A stretch of DNA of 64,000 bases from Escherichia coli (GCF_003019035.1 NZ_CP027447.1), one strand, 5' to 3'; shown: positions 29,970 to 46,280, numbered from the stretch's first letter. The notes: a model not told the origin generated them from the sequence alone. A program made the numbers and translations.

Positions 29970-31118
29970 ATGAGTTCATCGTGTATAGAAGAAGTCAGTG
30001 TACCGGATGACAACTGGTACCGTATCGCCAACGAATTACTTAGCCGTGCCGGTATAGCCATTAACGGTTCTGCCCCGGCGGATATTCGTGTCAAAAACCC
30101 CGATTTTTTTAAACGCGTTCTGCAGGAAGGATCGTTGGGGTTAGGCGAAAGTTATATGGATGGCTGGTGGGAATGTGACCGACTGGATATGTTTTTTAGC
30201 AAAGTCTTACGCGCAGGTCTCGAGAACCAACTCCCCCATCATTTCAAAGACACGCTGCGTATTGCCGGCGCTCGTCTCTTCAATCTGCAGAGTAAAAAAC
30301 GTGCCTGGATAGTCGGCAAAGAGCATTACGATTTGGGTAATGACTTGTTCAGCCGCATGCTTGATCCCTTCATGCAATATTCCTGTGCTTACTGGAAAGA
30401 TGCCGATAATCTGGAATCTGCCCAGCAGGCGAAGCTCAAAATGATTTGTGAAAAATTGCAGTTAAAACCAGGGATGCGCGTACTGGATATTGGCTGTGGC
30501 TGGGGCGGACTGGCGCACTACATGGCGTCTAATTATGACGTAAGCGTGGTCGGCGTAACCATTTCTGCCGAACAGCAAAAAATGGCTCAGGAACGCTGTG
30601 AAGGCCTGGATGTCACCATTTTGCTGCAAGATTATCGTGACCTGAACGACCAGTTTGACCGTATTGTTTCTGTGGGGATGTTCGAACACGTCGGACCGAA
30701 AAATTACGATACCTATTTTGCGGTGGTGGATCGTAATTTGAAACCGGAAGGTATATTCCTGCTCCATACCATCGGTTCGAAAAAAACCGATCTGAATGTT
30801 GATCCCTGGATTAATAAATATATTTTTCCGAACGGTTGCCTGCCCTCTGTACGCCAGATTGCTCAGTCCAGCGAACCCCACTTTGTGATGGAAGACTGGC
30901 ATAACTTCGGTGCTGATTACGATACTACGTTGATGGCGTGGTATGAACGTTTCCTCGCCGCATGGCCAGAAATTGCGGATAACTACAGTGAACGCTTTAA
31001 ACGGATGTTTACCTATTATCTGAATGCCTGTGCAGGTGCTTTCCGCGCACGTGATATTCAGCTCTGGCAGGTGGTGTTCTCTCGCGGAGTCGAAAACGGC
31101 CTTCGAGTCGCTCGCTAG
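29970..31118 (+). CDS. cfa: cyclopropane-fatty-acyl-phospholipid synthase
   Basis: 382 aa; SAM-binding motif VLDIGCGWGG. Confidence 0.95.
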   Translation: MSSSCIEEVSVPDDNWYRIANELLSRAGIAINGSAPADIRVKNPDFFKRVLQEGSLGLGESYMDGWWECDRLDMFFSKVLRAGLENQLPHHFKDTLRIAGARLFNLQSKKRAWIVGKEHYDLGNDLFSRMLDPFMQYSCAYWKDADNLESAQQAKLKMICEKLQLKPGMRVLDIGCGWGGLAHYMASNYDVSVVGVTISAEQQKMAQERCEGLDVTILLQDYRDLNDQFDRIVSVGMFEHVGPKNYDTYFAVVDRNLKPEGIFLLHTIGSKKTDLNVDPWINKYIFPNGCLPSVRQIAQSSEPHFVMEDWHNFGADYDTTLMAWYERFLAAWPEIADNYSERFKRMFTYYLNACAGAFRARDIQLWQVVFSRGVENGLRVAR

Positions 31119-31157
31119 AGGCTATTCTATCGCCCCCGCTCCGGGGGCGATTTCAGA

Positions 31158-31799
31158 TCAGGCTTCTGTACCTGGTTGATTCATGGCATTTTCTCGTGCC
31201 GCCAGCACACGTTCTACCGTATCAACCACTGCCTGAGTTTGTGGATCGATTTCAATGTTGACGCGTGCGCCAAGTTTTTTCTTCCCAAGAGTCGTGCGTT
31301 CCAGTGTTTCCGGAATTAAATGGACGCAAAAACGCGTTGGCGTGACTTCGCCGACGGTCAGGCTAATACCGTCGATGCCAATAAATCCTTTGTACAGGAT
31401 ATATTTCATCAACTGACTATCCTGGACTTTAAACCAGATCTGACGATTATTTTCCGAGGTTAATATTTTCGCTACTTCAGCGGTGGTCATAATATGACCT
31501 GACATTAAGTGTCCGCCAATTTCATCGCTGAATTTCGCCGCTCGCTCAACGTTTACCCAATCCCCCACTTTTAAATCGCCAAGATTAGTAATGCGTAACG
31601 TTTCTTTCATCAGGTCAAAACTGACATGGTTGCCGTTAATTTCCGTCACGGTCAGGCAGCAACCGTTATGCGCCACGGAAGCACCGGTTTCCAGACCGTC
31701 CAGCATGTGGTCGGGTAACTCCACCACATGCGTGCGAAAATTTGGTTTCTCGTCAATCGACACCAGTTTTGCGGTGCCCTGTACAATCCCCGTAAACAT
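31158..31799 (-). CDS. ribC: riboflavin synthase alpha chain
   Basis: 213 aa; [11 protein letters not shown], lumazine-binding repeats. Confidence 0.95.
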   Translation of the reverse strand: MFTGIVQGTAKLVSIDEKPNFRTHVVELPDHMLDGLETGASVAHNGCCLTVTEINGNHVSFDLMKETLRITNLGDLKVGDWVNVERAAKFSDEIGGHLMSGHIMTTAEVAKILTSENNRQIWFKVQDSQLMKYILYKGFIGIDGISLTVGEVTPTRFCVHLIPETLERTTLGKKKLGARVNIEIDPQTQAVVDTVERVLAARENAMNQPGTEA

Positions 31800-31992
31800 A
31801 CTTACAACTCCTGAAATCAGTTAAGACATTCTGTTCAGCACAATAGCAGGTGGCAAACGCCCTTACCAGTGAAGGGGTAAGAATGGCTATTTTTTCACTG
31901 GAGAATTAATAAATCCTCGCTACAATAGACTGAATTTCCCCTGCTTCTTCTTTTTGCTGCCCATTCAGGCGGCTTTTTAGTCTCTCATATAA

Positions 31993-33387
<1,395 letters not shown>

Positions 33388-33396
33388 TAAAGACAA

Positions 33397-33430
33397 GGCG
33401 CAACCTTCACGGGTTGCGCCTGTGTTTTTA
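33397..33430. terminator. hairpin terminator between convergent mdtK and ydhQ
   Basis: ggcgcaacc / ggttgcgcc stem followed by tgtgttttt. Confidence 0.6.
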
Positions 33431-34684
33431 CGCAGGCTGGAGCGTTGCGCCAATCCCGTCTTCGTCTGGCTGTAGTTTCAGTGCGTTACACAGAGTTTGC
33501 CGACTGGCATCTGTTATCTCAACGTGTATATCACCAGTAACTTCCCCTTTCACATTGATGAAGTCAGGTGAAATTTCTTTCGCACTGGTTTGCAGGCAAA
33601 TCGCTCCCTCTCCGCGCAGGCGTTTCACTTTAAGTTGCACATGCGTTGCCGCACCAGTGATTAGCCACAGTTTTCCGCCATTTAGATTGATGTTACCAAC
33701 ACTGAAAGTGACACTGTCACCTTTTACCGTACTGCCGTCGAGAATCAATACACCGCCCTGCTGTACAGTAATCGTTGATTGTTGCAGATCTGCGCCATAG
33801 CCAATAATCATTGAAGCGCCGTCCAGTAATGCAACACTACCGGTCAGTTCAACCGGTGCGCGATCTTCCTCTACGACAAAATTTTCGTCCGCGCTGGTGG
33901 GTGACAACAGGATCACTGTCCCACCTTGTATTACCGCATTTTCCAGCGTACCGGCATGCACTTCAGCCCGACCACCCACATTAACGGACAGGTTTTGCGT
34001 CTTACCGGAACTGTAGAGCTGAAGACCATCCGTCCCCAGACGATAGATGGCTCCATTCTCAACAATAGTGTCAGAGTCTTCACCACCGAGATTATTCATG
34101 GTGCCACCAGCAAGCAACGTATCATTGGCTTTCCCCGCCAGCATAAAAACGCCACCCTGATTAATCTCACAATTGCTGGCTTCCCCACCTGGATACACCA
34201 ACAATTCACCACCTTCATCTACCACGACCGCTGAGGTTGTCCCATTGACCAACAGGCCACCCTCTTGATCGAGAATAATTTTTTCCGCGCGATGGCCTTC
34301 CAGTACACGCAGGTTACCGCCATTTTCCAGCAACAAACCGCAGGCATAACCTTTATCAACGCTGAATTCACCTTCGGGATGGCGGCCATTAACCGTAGCG
34401 AGCGTAGAGAGACTAATTGCGCCTCCCTCGGACTGAACAATATCTGTAGCAATGGCACCGTCGCTGACCGATAGCGTGCCATTGTTGCCGTACTGTGTGC
34501 ATTTGGCGATCCCACCGGTTGCCACTTTCAACCAGCCAGCCCCCGTGACCACGGTATTTTCGGCTCTTCCGCCAGCCTCAACAATTAACTCGCCTTCAGT
34601 AAGTTGCGTCGCGCCAATGACCTCGCCGGTCTTAACAATTTGCACGTTCCCGTCGCTCATCAAGTTTTTCGCATCAGATCCCAT
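33428..34684 (-). CDS. ydhQ: autotransporter-adhesin-related protein YdhQ
   Basis: 418 aa Gly/Thr-rich beta-helix-like repeats. Confidence 0.88.
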   Translation of the reverse strand: MGSDAKNLMSDGNVQIVKTGEVIGATQLTEGELIVEAGGRAENTVVTGAGWLKVATGGIAKCTQYGNNGTLSVSDGAIATDIVQSEGGAISLSTLATVNGRHPEGEFSVDKGYACGLLLENGGNLRVLEGHRAEKIILDQEGGLLVNGTTSAVVVDEGGELLVYPGGEASNCEINQGGVFMLAGKANDTLLAGGTMNNLGGEDSDTIVENGAIYRLGTDGLQLYSSGKTQNLSVNVGGRAEVHAGTLENAVIQGGTVILLSPTSADENFVVEEDRAPVELTGSVALLDGASMIIGYGADLQQSTITVQQGGVLILDGSTVKGDSVTFSVGNINLNGGKLWLITGAATHVQLKVKRLRGEGAICLQTSAKEISPDFINVKGEVTGDIHVEITDASRQTLCNALKLQPDEDGIGATLQPA

Positions 34685-34991
34685 GATTTATTCCTTTGCT
34701 GCATCTGTGTGCCTTTATTGCTACCTAAGTGTAAAGGCTACGAAGGATTTATCCACGACAGATTTGAGATGGTGGCAAACAACTCTGTTTAAACTCTGAT
34801 ACACGGATTATTGGGTTGTATCAGATGTAAATGCGATCCTGAATAAAAATCGCCCTTGCAAATCAACAAAATATAGCCAATTTGCTTAAAAGCTCTGCAA
34901 ACGGTCGAAATAGCGCAGAAAATTACGTTTTGCCTCTTGCCACCTTCCCACTCTGCCGCTAATATTCGTCCCCGTTGTCACCTACAACGTT

Positions 34992-35068
34992 GCGTTCATA
35001 GCTCAGTTGGTTAGAGCACCACCTTGACATGGTGGGGGTCGTTGGTTCGAGTCCAATTGAACGCACCA
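34992..35068 (+). tRNA. valV: tRNA-Val (anticodon GAC)
   Basis: 77-nt cloverleaf GCGTTCATAGCTCAGTTGGTTAGAGC...TTCGAGTCC...ACGCACCA. Confidence 0.93.
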
Positions 35069-35072
35069 TCCT

Positions 35073-35149
35073 GCGTCCGTAGCTCAGTTGGTTAGAGCAC
35101 CACCTTGACATGGTGGGGGTCGGTGGTTCGAGTCCACTCGGACGCACCA
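35073..35149 (+). tRNA. valW: tRNA-Val (anticodon GAC)
   Basis: Second near-identical 77-nt tRNA 4 nt downstream, ending CCA. Confidence 0.93.
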
Positions 35150-35257
35150 GATTTTCTTAATCTGGTCTTCTCATTTTTTCCCTCTGTTTCTTCTCTGTAT
35201 CCAATACGTTAAAAGATTTACACTGTATTCGTATGCGTTATCAGAAGGAGAATCGCT

Positions 35258-35563
35258 ATGGCAACTTTGTTACAACTTCATTTTTCTTTCAATGGCCCAT
35301 TTGGCGACGCAATGGCTGAGCAGCTTAAACCGCTTGCTGAGTCGATTAATCAGGAACCTGGTTTTCTGTGGAAGGTATGGACAGAAAGTGAAAAGAACCA
35401 CGAAGCCGGTGGGATCTACCTTTTTACTGATGAAAAAAGCGCCCTTGCCTATCTGGAAAAACATACTGCCCGACTGAAAAATCTCGGCGTTAAGGAAGTT
35501 GTCGCCAAAGTTTTCGATGTCAATGAGCCACTGAGTCAAATCAATCAGGCAAAACTCGCCTGA
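35258..35563 (+). CDS. ydhR: putative monooxygenase YdhR
   Basis: 101 aa. Confidence 0.88.
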   Translation: MATLLQLHFSFNGPFGDAMAEQLKPLAESINQEPGFLWKVWTESEKNHEAGGIYLFTDEKSALAYLEKHTARLKNLGVKEVVAKVFDVNEPLSQINQAKLA

Positions 35564-35688
35564 CAGAATTTAATCAAGGGCGGTTAGCGCCCTTTTCATC
35601 CCTGTCTGAAATTTCTCAAATTCTAAAAATCTCAACCAAACTTATCTGATAACACTAAATTCGAAAGAATGCTTACAGGTAAGTAACA

Positions 35689-37293
35689 ATGAAAAAAATT
35701 GCTATTGTGGGTGCCGGGCCTACGGGGATCTACACCTTATTCTCGCTTCTACAGCAACAAACGCCACTTTCTATTTCTATCTTCGAGCAGGCTGATGAAG
35801 CCGGTGTCGGGATGCCATACAGTGATGAGGAAAACTCAAAACTGATGCTGGCAAATATTGCCAGTATTGAAATACCGCCGATTTATTGTACGTATCTCGA
35901 ATGGCTACAAAAGCAAGAAGCCAGCCATCTCCAACGTTATGGCGTTAAAAAAGAAACTTTGCACGATCGTCAGTTTTTACCGCGAATTCTGCTGGGCGAA
36001 TATTTCCGCGATCAATTTTTACGATTAGTAGACCAGGCACGACAGCAAAAATTTGCAGTGGCTGTTTATGAATCATGCCAGGTTACCGATCTGCAAATTA
36101 CAAATGCTGGCGTCATGATCGCTACAAATCAGGATTTACCCAGCGAGACGTTTGATTTAGCGGTGATTGCCACGGGTCACGTCTGGCCTGATGAAGAAGA
36201 AGCAACCAGAACGTATTTTCCCAGCCCGTGGTCAGGCCTGATGGAAGCAAAGGTCGATGCGTGTAACGTGGGTATTATGGGAACATCCTTGAGCGGACTG
36301 GATGCGGCAATGGCAGTGGCTATTCAGCATGGTTCGTTCATTGAAGATGATAAACAACACGTCGTTTTTCACCGCGATAACGCAAGTGAAAAGCTAAATA
36401 TTACGTTAATGTCGCGCACGGGTATTTTACCCGAAGCCGATTTCTATTGCCCTATTCCCTACGAGCCCTTACACATCGTCACTGATCAGGCATTAAATGC
36501 TGAGATTCAAAAAGGCGAATATGGCCTTTTGGATCGGGTATTTAGATTGATAGTAGAGGAAATCAAGTTTGCTGATCCAGGCTGGAGCCAACGCATAGCC
36601 TTAAAGAGCCTGAATGTCGATTCCTTTGCTCAAGCCTGGTTTGCCGAGCGCAAACAACGCGACCCATTTGACTGGGCAGAAAAAAATCTCCAGGAAGTCG
36701 AACGCAATAAACGAGAAAAACATACTGTTCCCTGGCGTTATGTCATTCTGCGCCTGCATGAAGCTGTACAGGAAATTGTTCCACATCTGAATGAACACGA
36801 CCATAAACGGTTCAGTAAAGGCCTTGCCCGGGTTTTCATCGATAATTATGCGGCAATCCCTTCAGAGTCTATTCGTCGACTACTGGCCTTACGTGAAGCG
36901 GGAATCATTCATATACTCGCCCTCGGTGAAGACTACGAAATGGAAATTAATGAGTCGCGCACCGTCCTGAAAACGGAAGACAATAGCTACTCGTTTGACG
37001 TTTTTATTGATGCCCGCGGGCAGCGTCCGCTTAAAGTGAAAGATATTCCTTTCCCTGGACTACGCGAACAAGTACAGAAAACAGGGGATGAAATACCGGA
37101 TGTTGGCGAAGATTATACGTTACAGCAACCCGAAGATATTCGTGGGCGCGTAGCGTTCGGCGCGTTGCCCTGGTTGATGCACGACCAGCCTTTCGTTCAG
37201 GGACTTACGGCATGTGCAGAAATTGGTGAGGCGATGGCTCGAGCGGCCGTAAAGCCTGCGTCCCGTGCACGTCGGCGTCTTTCGTTTGATTAA
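35689..37293 (+). CDS. ydhS: FAD/NAD(P)-binding protein YdhS
   Basis: 534 aa; N-terminal Rossmann GAGPTG motif. Confidence 0.9.
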   Translation: MKKIAIVGAGPTGIYTLFSLLQQQTPLSISIFEQADEAGVGMPYSDEENSKLMLANIASIEIPPIYCTYLEWLQKQEASHLQRYGVKKETLHDRQFLPRILLGEYFRDQFLRLVDQARQQKFAVAVYESCQVTDLQITNAGVMIATNQDLPSETFDLAVIATGHVWPDEEEATRTYFPSPWSGLMEAKVDACNVGIMGTSLSGLDAAMAVAIQHGSFIEDDKQHVVFHRDNASEKLNITLMSRTGILPEADFYCPIPYEPLHIVTDQALNAEIQKGEYGLLDRVFRLIVEEIKFADPGWSQRIALKSLNVDSFAQAWFAERKQRDPFDWAEKNLQEVERNKREKHTVPWRYVILRLHEAVQEIVPHLNEHDHKRFSKGLARVFIDNYAAIPSESIRRLLALREAGIIHILALGEDYEMEINESRTVLKTEDNSYSFDVFIDARGQRPLKVKDIPFPGLREQVQKTGDEIPDVGEDYTLQQPEDIRGRVAFGALPWLMHDQPFVQGLTACAEIGEAMARAAVKPASRARRRLSFD

Positions 37294-37304
37294 AGGTAAA
37301 GCTA

Positions 37305-38117
37305 TCAGCACTCAACAAACTGATGCTGTTCATTAAGACGATAGCGGACTCCGGCTCGAATATTGTTTTCACCTTCAATGGCGACGGCGAAGCGAACTCT
37401 TTCGCCGTCATGATATGCCAGTGCGGCGCTTCCTCCTGGCCCGAGAATAATTGAGTCGACCACGCCCGTGCTCACTACCGTTGAATTTTCACCGCTGGCA
37501 ATGATGTGTACATTGTCGCCGCTGTTGGCAATTCTGGCGTTTGCGCCAAAGCTGGCGATTTGCACCAGGTCACCATTACTGGCGACATGACATCGTTCAC
37601 CCAATGTACAAACGCGTACTCGCATTCCGGTATTCGCAATCCGACTGCTATCTCCAGCGCTGCTTATCCGCGAAGAATTGCCGGTTACAGCAACCCGTGC
37701 GCGTTCACCGGAGCTGCCAATGTGACTGTTAAAGCCGACACTTCCAATCCGCACGCTATAACCCATACTGGCAATTTGCGCGGCATACCCAGCAGTTGCG
37801 ATTCTGGCATTATCCTCACAACAGCCGATGCGAGCATGATCGTCGCTGCGGGCAAACTGACTGCAAAATGGTCTCTCTCCGGGATCTGTGGCCAGTTTTT
37901 GCATAGAAGAAACTTCCTGATGCGCGAAGTTTTCATCCGCCAGCCATTTTTTCCACGCATACTCAACCAGACTCTCCGCCCAGTCCGTATATCCTTCCTC
38001 AATCAGTGCATGATGAATATCGGCATAACTACCGCCACGTGGGAAATGGCGCAGAAACCAGCGATACATCACCGCTCCGATACGCCATTCTCGCAGGTCT
38101 GCTCGTGTAATGATCAT
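37305..38117 (-). CDS. ydhT: YdhT (FNR-regulated ydhYVWXUT operon)
   Basis: 270 aa. Confidence 0.88.
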   Translation of the reverse strand: MIITRADLREWRIGAVMYRWFLRHFPRGGSYADIHHALIEEGYTDWAESLVEYAWKKWLADENFAHQEVSSMQKLATDPGERPFCSQFARSDDHARIGCCEDNARIATAGYAAQIASMGYSVRIGSVGFNSHIGSSGERARVAVTGNSSRISSAGDSSRIANTGMRVRVCTLGERCHVASNGDLVQIASFGANARIANSGDNVHIIASGENSTVVSTGVVDSIILGPGGSAALAYHDGERVRFAVAIEGENNIRAGVRYRLNEQHQFVEC

Positions 38118-38120
38118 TCG

Positions 38121-38906
38121 TTAGTGCCGGTGATAGCCATCGACCATGCTTTTAAAGGTTTCGTGTGGCGTACGCCCCGTGGTGCAAAGATAAAGATGAC
38201 CGAAGATAAAAAAGAGGCTTATAAATGCCAGAGCAAAATGCGCCTGCAATAACCAGTATCTTACGCCAGGAAACATATCTCCCACGGCTTGCGGATAGAG
38301 ACACAGCAGCCCCGTCAATAGTAACAACGGCAGCAATCCATACATGACACCAACATAGGCGACCTGCTGTAAGGGATTAAATTTAGACTGTGTTGTTGCC
38401 GGGAAAGGATGTTCTTCCCCCTGCATAATACCAAACAAATAAAATCGCGTTTGTTTTGCCGCTCGCTCCAGCCAACCCTGACGACGAATGCGATAGTGGT
38501 GACCATTACCCCCAACGGCATTGATCAGAACAAAGCCGAGCCAGCATGCCAGTAACAAAAATCCGCAAACTTCATGCACCGCAACCAGACTTTTAACCGC
38601 AGTTGCGCCCACCAGCGCAAAGTGATTTATCAGCCCACTTGCCAGCAACAATACAAAGAGTAACGCATTCGACCAGTGCCATAATCTGACCGCTTTGCTG
38701 TAAAGATAAACCTTCTCACCATGGTCGGTGGCTGATTTCTTCACGCCACGAGCACGAAGCAAGGCATGCAGCCCCAGCACCAACCACATCCCTACCAGCA
38801 ATAGTCCGGCAATGATCAACCACACCGGCCAAAATTGGGGAGTGAACTGTGGCACATAGTTCGCCAACTGGCTCTGAAACTGTTCAGCATGTTGCGACGG
38901 GTTCAT
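38121..38906 (-). CDS. ydhU: PhsC-like membrane cytochrome b YdhU
   Basis: 261 aa multi-TM. Confidence 0.88.
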   Translation of the reverse strand: MNPSQHAEQFQSQLANYVPQFTPQFWPVWLIIAGLLLVGMWLVLGLHALLRARGVKKSATDHGEKVYLYSKAVRLWHWSNALLFVLLLASGLINHFALVGATAVKSLVAVHEVCGFLLLACWLGFVLINAVGGNGHHYRIRRQGWLERAAKQTRFYLFGIMQGEEHPFPATTQSKFNPLQQVAYVGVMYGLLPLLLLTGLLCLYPQAVGDMFPGVRYWLLQAHFALAFISLFFIFGHLYLCTTGRTPHETFKSMVDGYHRH

Positions 38907-39571
38907 ACATTTTCCTTTTTAATCAAATGTTGACCGAACCGGCGATACAGGTGCGGTTTCCCGGCACCAGGTAGCTGATATTGATAGTATTTATTTTCCT
39001 GCAACCACGCCTGAATTTCTGGGCTATCTTCGCGACCAAAGATCAAGGCGTGTTCCGGGCAGGCGCTGACGCAAATGGGCGGAAAGCCTTTTGCCAGTCG
39101 GGACTCAGCGCAGAAATCACATTTATCTGCCACTTTAGTGACAGGGTTAAGGTAGCGAACCTGGTAAGGACAAGCGCCAATGCAATAACTGCAGCCGATG
39201 CACTGCGATTTTTCTACCCGTACGATCCCCTGCTCATCACGCCACGATGCCGCTGTCGGACAAACGTCGATGCACGGAGCATCTTCGCAGTGCTGACATG
39301 ACTGGCGAAAAAAGTGATACTGCGTTTCGTTGTCGTTATCGGTGACTGGAATGTGTGCTATCGATAAACGGCTTCCCTGAGCGGGGACGTGATTGGTTTT
39401 ACGGCATGCGCGGGCGCAAATATTACAGCCATTGCACCGTGACTCGTCATGAATCATGGCATACCGAACTTTCTTTTCTTGCCTCGTGTTCGCTAACAGA
39501 GAAGACGCAGAACCAGTAAAAAAGATTACTGTTCCCATCCCCAGAACAAATTTGCGTCGAGTGAAGGACAT
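38903..39571 (-). CDS. ydhX: ferredoxin-like 4Fe-4S protein YdhX with Tat signal
   Basis: Start at MSFTRRKFVLG (twin-arginine motif); several CxxCxxCxxxCP motifs. Confidence 0.85.
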   Translation of the reverse strand: MSFTRRKFVLGMGTVIFFTGSASSLLANTRQEKKVRYAMIHDESRCNGCNICARACRKTNHVPAQGSRLSIAHIPVTDNDNETQYHFFRQSCQHCEDAPCIDVCPTAASWRDEQGIVRVEKSQCIGCSYCIGACPYQVRYLNPVTKVADKCDFCAESRLAKGFPPICVSACPEHALIFGREDSPEIQAWLQENKYYQYQLPGAGKPHLYRRFGQHLIKKENV

Positions 39572-39634
39572 CTGATTATCCCCTAATGCAGTGGCTGCAA
39601 CTGTCCACCCTATCCATGACATCTCCCTGAAATT

Positions 39635-40282
39635 TCAGGGGTTCTGAAACTGCTCTACCTCGAACCATTCGCATAAGCCATACGCCTTGCCATAGTTCAT
39701 AAATCGCTCGCTAAACAAGTACAACACCGCCGTCGATGACTCCACCTGCCGTATATCGGCATATTCAGGTGCAACATCCATCGCGGCGATCGCGGCTTCA
39801 ATCTGCGCTTCCTGGAAGTAATATGGCGCTTGCATCAGCATGGCGACTTTGTAAGGACGAGGATACGTCTGGCACTCAAAACGAACGGCGTGTGCAATAG
39901 CGCGACAAATGTCCTGCTCCACAACTTGCAAAGACATCGCCGCGTAGTTTTCACTCATGGCCTGCGTTGAGTAATAGTAATCATCCTGGCTTCCCGTCAT
40001 ACACGCGATATCCGCGTAGTCTCCGTTCTGCTTAATGTTTTCCAGCAAAACTGACAGTTCCTCTTCTGCAACCGAATAGGGCGGCGAGAGAAACACGGCG
40101 CGCGCCACCAACTGCCCAGCCGCAGAATGCTGGCGAATGAACTCTGCCAGGATTTCAGCAGGTTCTGGTTCGGTTACCGTATCAACGGGGTGACGCATCC
40201 CCTGCAACCATTGCCGCTTCGCCTCGTCAATTTCGCTGACTTCCGCTAACGGCAATTCATCCTGATGATTCATCTCACCCAT
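39635..40282 (-). CDS. ydhW: YdhW
   Basis: 215 aa. Confidence 0.88.
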   Translation of the reverse strand: MGEMNHQDELPLAEVSEIDEAKRQWLQGMRHPVDTVTEPEPAEILAEFIRQHSAAGQLVARAVFLSPPYSVAEEELSVLLENIKQNGDYADIACMTGSQDDYYYSTQAMSENYAAMSLQVVEQDICRAIAHAVRFECQTYPRPYKVAMLMQAPYYFQEAQIEAAIAAMDVAPEYADIRQVESSTAVLYLFSERFMNYGKAYGLCEWFEVEQFQNP

Positions 40283-40285
40283 TCC

Positions 40286-43035
<2,750 letters not shown>

Positions 43036-43491
43036 TTATTTCGCATCCTCTTCGCAAACACAGTGCTGACAATTCAGCAGACTGATATTAAGCATTCAAC
43101 TAATACGCTGCTGACTCTGTCCCCAACACCAGATATTTTCCCTAACCCGATAGTGTATGAGAAAAGATTTAACGCTGATAAACTAATCCTTTATGGTTAG
43201 GAGAAAAAAATAATGTGATTATTCTGAACTCTTAACATTGATCGTTATCAATTAAAATCACAAAGCAAGAAATTATAAGTGAACTGATATTTATTATCAT
43301 TTGAAATAAATTTAACTTAAACGACAATTATTTGTGACGTTCATTGCAGAAAATAAAAATAACATTATCGTTATAAATTAAAATACATACCGAAATTCGT
43401 ATAATTTCAGCAGTTGTTATTTAGAATGATTAACTCGACCGCAACTGAAGCAAGAATATCAGGATGAAGCTTATCGCCTCATCCTGAATGG

Positions 43492-43701
43492 TCATTTTAC
43501 CAGTGCGTTAATGACGGTTTCCATCGCCTGCTTTTCCAGCTCACTGCGCTGAATGCGTTTATTGGCTAATGCTGTACGTAATACGCCCGCGATAACAATA
43601 TGCTTTGGTTCCTGCCCCAGATCGCGCATTTCCAACACAACTTTACCGACAACTCTGCACATTTCTCGGTACAGTTCATCCTCTTTTGTCCGATTTCCCA
43701 T
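43492..43701 (-). CDS. fumD: fumarase D (YdhZ)
   Basis: 69 aa. Confidence 0.85.
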   Translation of the reverse strand: MGNRTKEDELYREMCRVVGKVVLEMRDLGQEPKHIVIAGVLRTALANKRIQRSELEKQAMETVINALVK

Positions 43702-44257
43702 TCTTTATACCTATTTATCATGCCAACTATCAGCATATATCAATCTAACCAATTAGACAAAAATCAAACAAAATCAGACAAATAACGCGATAAATTATTT
43801 TAACTGTAGCAATTGAGCGATGATGTATTTATACACCGGATGAACTTTCACTTATCTTCACAGTGACAACCCCGGCACCAGACGTTGCGCAAACAGCGAA
43901 GTTTTTGCGTAACCTTTTCCCTGGAACGTTAAATCTTTGATAACAATTTATTGTCTAACAAGTTGTATATTTTTTGAAACGCTGTTTTTGTTTTCCTTTT
44001 GGATTAATTTCAGCGTATAATGCGCGCCAATTGACTCTTGAATGGTTTCAGCACTTTGGACTGTAGAACTCAACGACTCAAAAACAGGCACTCACGTTGG
44101 GCTGAGACACAAGCACACATTCCTCTGCACGCTTTTTCGATGTCACCTATCCTTAGAGCGAGGCACCACCACTTTCGTAATACCGGATTCGCTTTCCGGC
44201 AGTGCGCCCAGAAAGCAAGTTTCTCCCATCCTTCTCAACTTAAAGACTAAGACTGTC

Positions 44258-45670
44258 ATGAAAAAGACCAAAATTGTTTGCACCATCGGACCGAAAACCG
44301 AATCTGAAGAGATGTTAGCTAAAATGCTGGACGCTGGCATGAACGTTATGCGTCTGAACTTCTCTCATGGTGACTATGCAGAACACGGTCAGCGCATTCA
44401 GAATCTGCGCAACGTGATGAGCAAAACTGGTAAAACCGCCGCTATCCTGCTTGATACCAAAGGTCCGGAAATCCGCACCATGAAACTGGAAGGCGGTAAC
44501 GACGTTTCTCTGAAAGCGGGTCAGACCTTTACTTTCACTACTGATAAATCTGTTATCGGCAACAGCGAAATGGTTGCGGTAACGTATGAAGGTTTCACAA
44601 CTGACCTGTCTGTTGGCAACACCGTACTGGTTGACGATGGTCTGATCGGTATGGAAGTTACTGCCATTGAAGGTAACAAAGTTATCTGTAAAGTGCTGAA
44701 CAACGGCGACCTGGGTGAAAACAAAGGTGTGAACCTGCCTGGCGTTTCCATTGCCCTGCCAGCACTGGCTGAAAAAGACAAACAGGACCTGATCTTTGGT
44801 TGCGAACAAGGCGTAGACTTTGTCGCTGCTTCCTTTATTCGTAAGCGTTCTGACGTTATCGAAATCCGTGAGCACCTGAAAGCGCACGGCGGCGAAAACA
44901 TCCACATCATCTCCAAAATCGAAAACCAGGAAGGCCTCAACAACTTCGACGAAATCCTCGAAGCCTCTGACGGCATCATGGTTGCGCGTGGCGACCTGGG
45001 TGTAGAAATCCCGGTAGAAGAAGTTATCTTCGCCCAGAAGATGATGATCGAAAAATGTATCCGTGCACGTAAAGTCGTTATCACTGCGACCCAGATGCTG
45101 GATTCCATGATCAAAAACCCACGCCCGACTCGCGCAGAAGCCGGTGACGTTGCAAACGCCATCCTCGACGGTACTGACGCAGTGATGCTGTCTGGTGAAT
45201 CCGCAAAAGGTAAATACCCGCTGGAAGCGGTTTCTATCATGGCGACCATCTGCGAACGTACCGACCGCGTGATGAACAGCCGTCTCGAGTACAACAATGA
45301 CAACCGTAAACTGCGCATTACCGAAGCGGTATGCCGTGGTGCCGTTGAAACTGCTGAAAAACTGGATGCTCCGCTGATCGTGGTTGCTACCCAGGGCGGT
45401 AAATCTGCTCGCGCAGTACGTAAATACTTCCCGGATGCCACCATCCTGGCACTGACCACCAACGAAAAAACGGCTCATCAGTTGGTACTGAGCAAAGGCG
45501 TTGTGCCGCAGCTGGTTAAAGAGATCACTTCTACTGATGATTTCTACCGTCTGGGTAAAGAACTGGCTCTGCAGAGCGGTCTGGCACACAAAGGCGACGT
45601 CGTAGTTATGGTTTCTGGTGCACTGGTACCGAGCGGCACTACTAACACCGCATCTGTTCACGTCCTGTAA
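44258..45670 (+). CDS. pykF: pyruvate kinase I
   Basis: 470 aa from [20 protein letters not shown]; track ORF starts 72 codons upstream in the leader. Confidence 0.96.
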
Positions 45671-45700
45671 TATTGCTTTTGTGAATTAATTTGTATATCG

Positions 45701-45728
45701 AAGCGCCCAGATGGGCGCTTTTTTTATT
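45701..45728 (+). terminator. pykF intrinsic terminator
   Basis: aagcgcccagatgggcgctt hairpin followed by T8. Confidence 0.8.
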
Positions 45729-45968
45729 TAATCGATAACCAGAAGCAATAAAAAATCAAATCGGATTTCACTATATAATCTCACTTTATCTAAGATGAAT
45801 CCGATGGAAGCATCCTGTTTTCTCTCAATTTTTTTATCTAAAACCCAGCGTTCGATGCTTCTTTGAGCGAACGATCAAAAATAAGTGCCTTCCCATCAAA
45901 AAAATATTCTCAACATAAAAAACTTTGTGTAATACTTGTAACGCTACATGGAGATTAACTCAATCTAG

Positions 45969-46217
<249 letters not shown>

Positions 46218-46235
46218 TAGTACCTGTGAAGTGAA

Positions 46236-46266
46236 AAATGGCGCACATTGTGCGCCATTTTTTTTG
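46236..46266 (+). terminator. lpp intrinsic terminator
   Basis: aatggcgcaca / tgtgcgccatt stem followed by T8. Confidence 0.85.
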
Positions 46267-46280
46267 TCTGCTATTTACCA

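Noticed and set aside
34959-35147. 62-aa minus-strand ORF
   Set aside because: Spans the two tRNA-Val genes; artefact of translating tRNA sequence.
44315-45661. 448-aa minus-strand ORF
   Set aside because: Antisense to pykF, whose identity is unambiguous.
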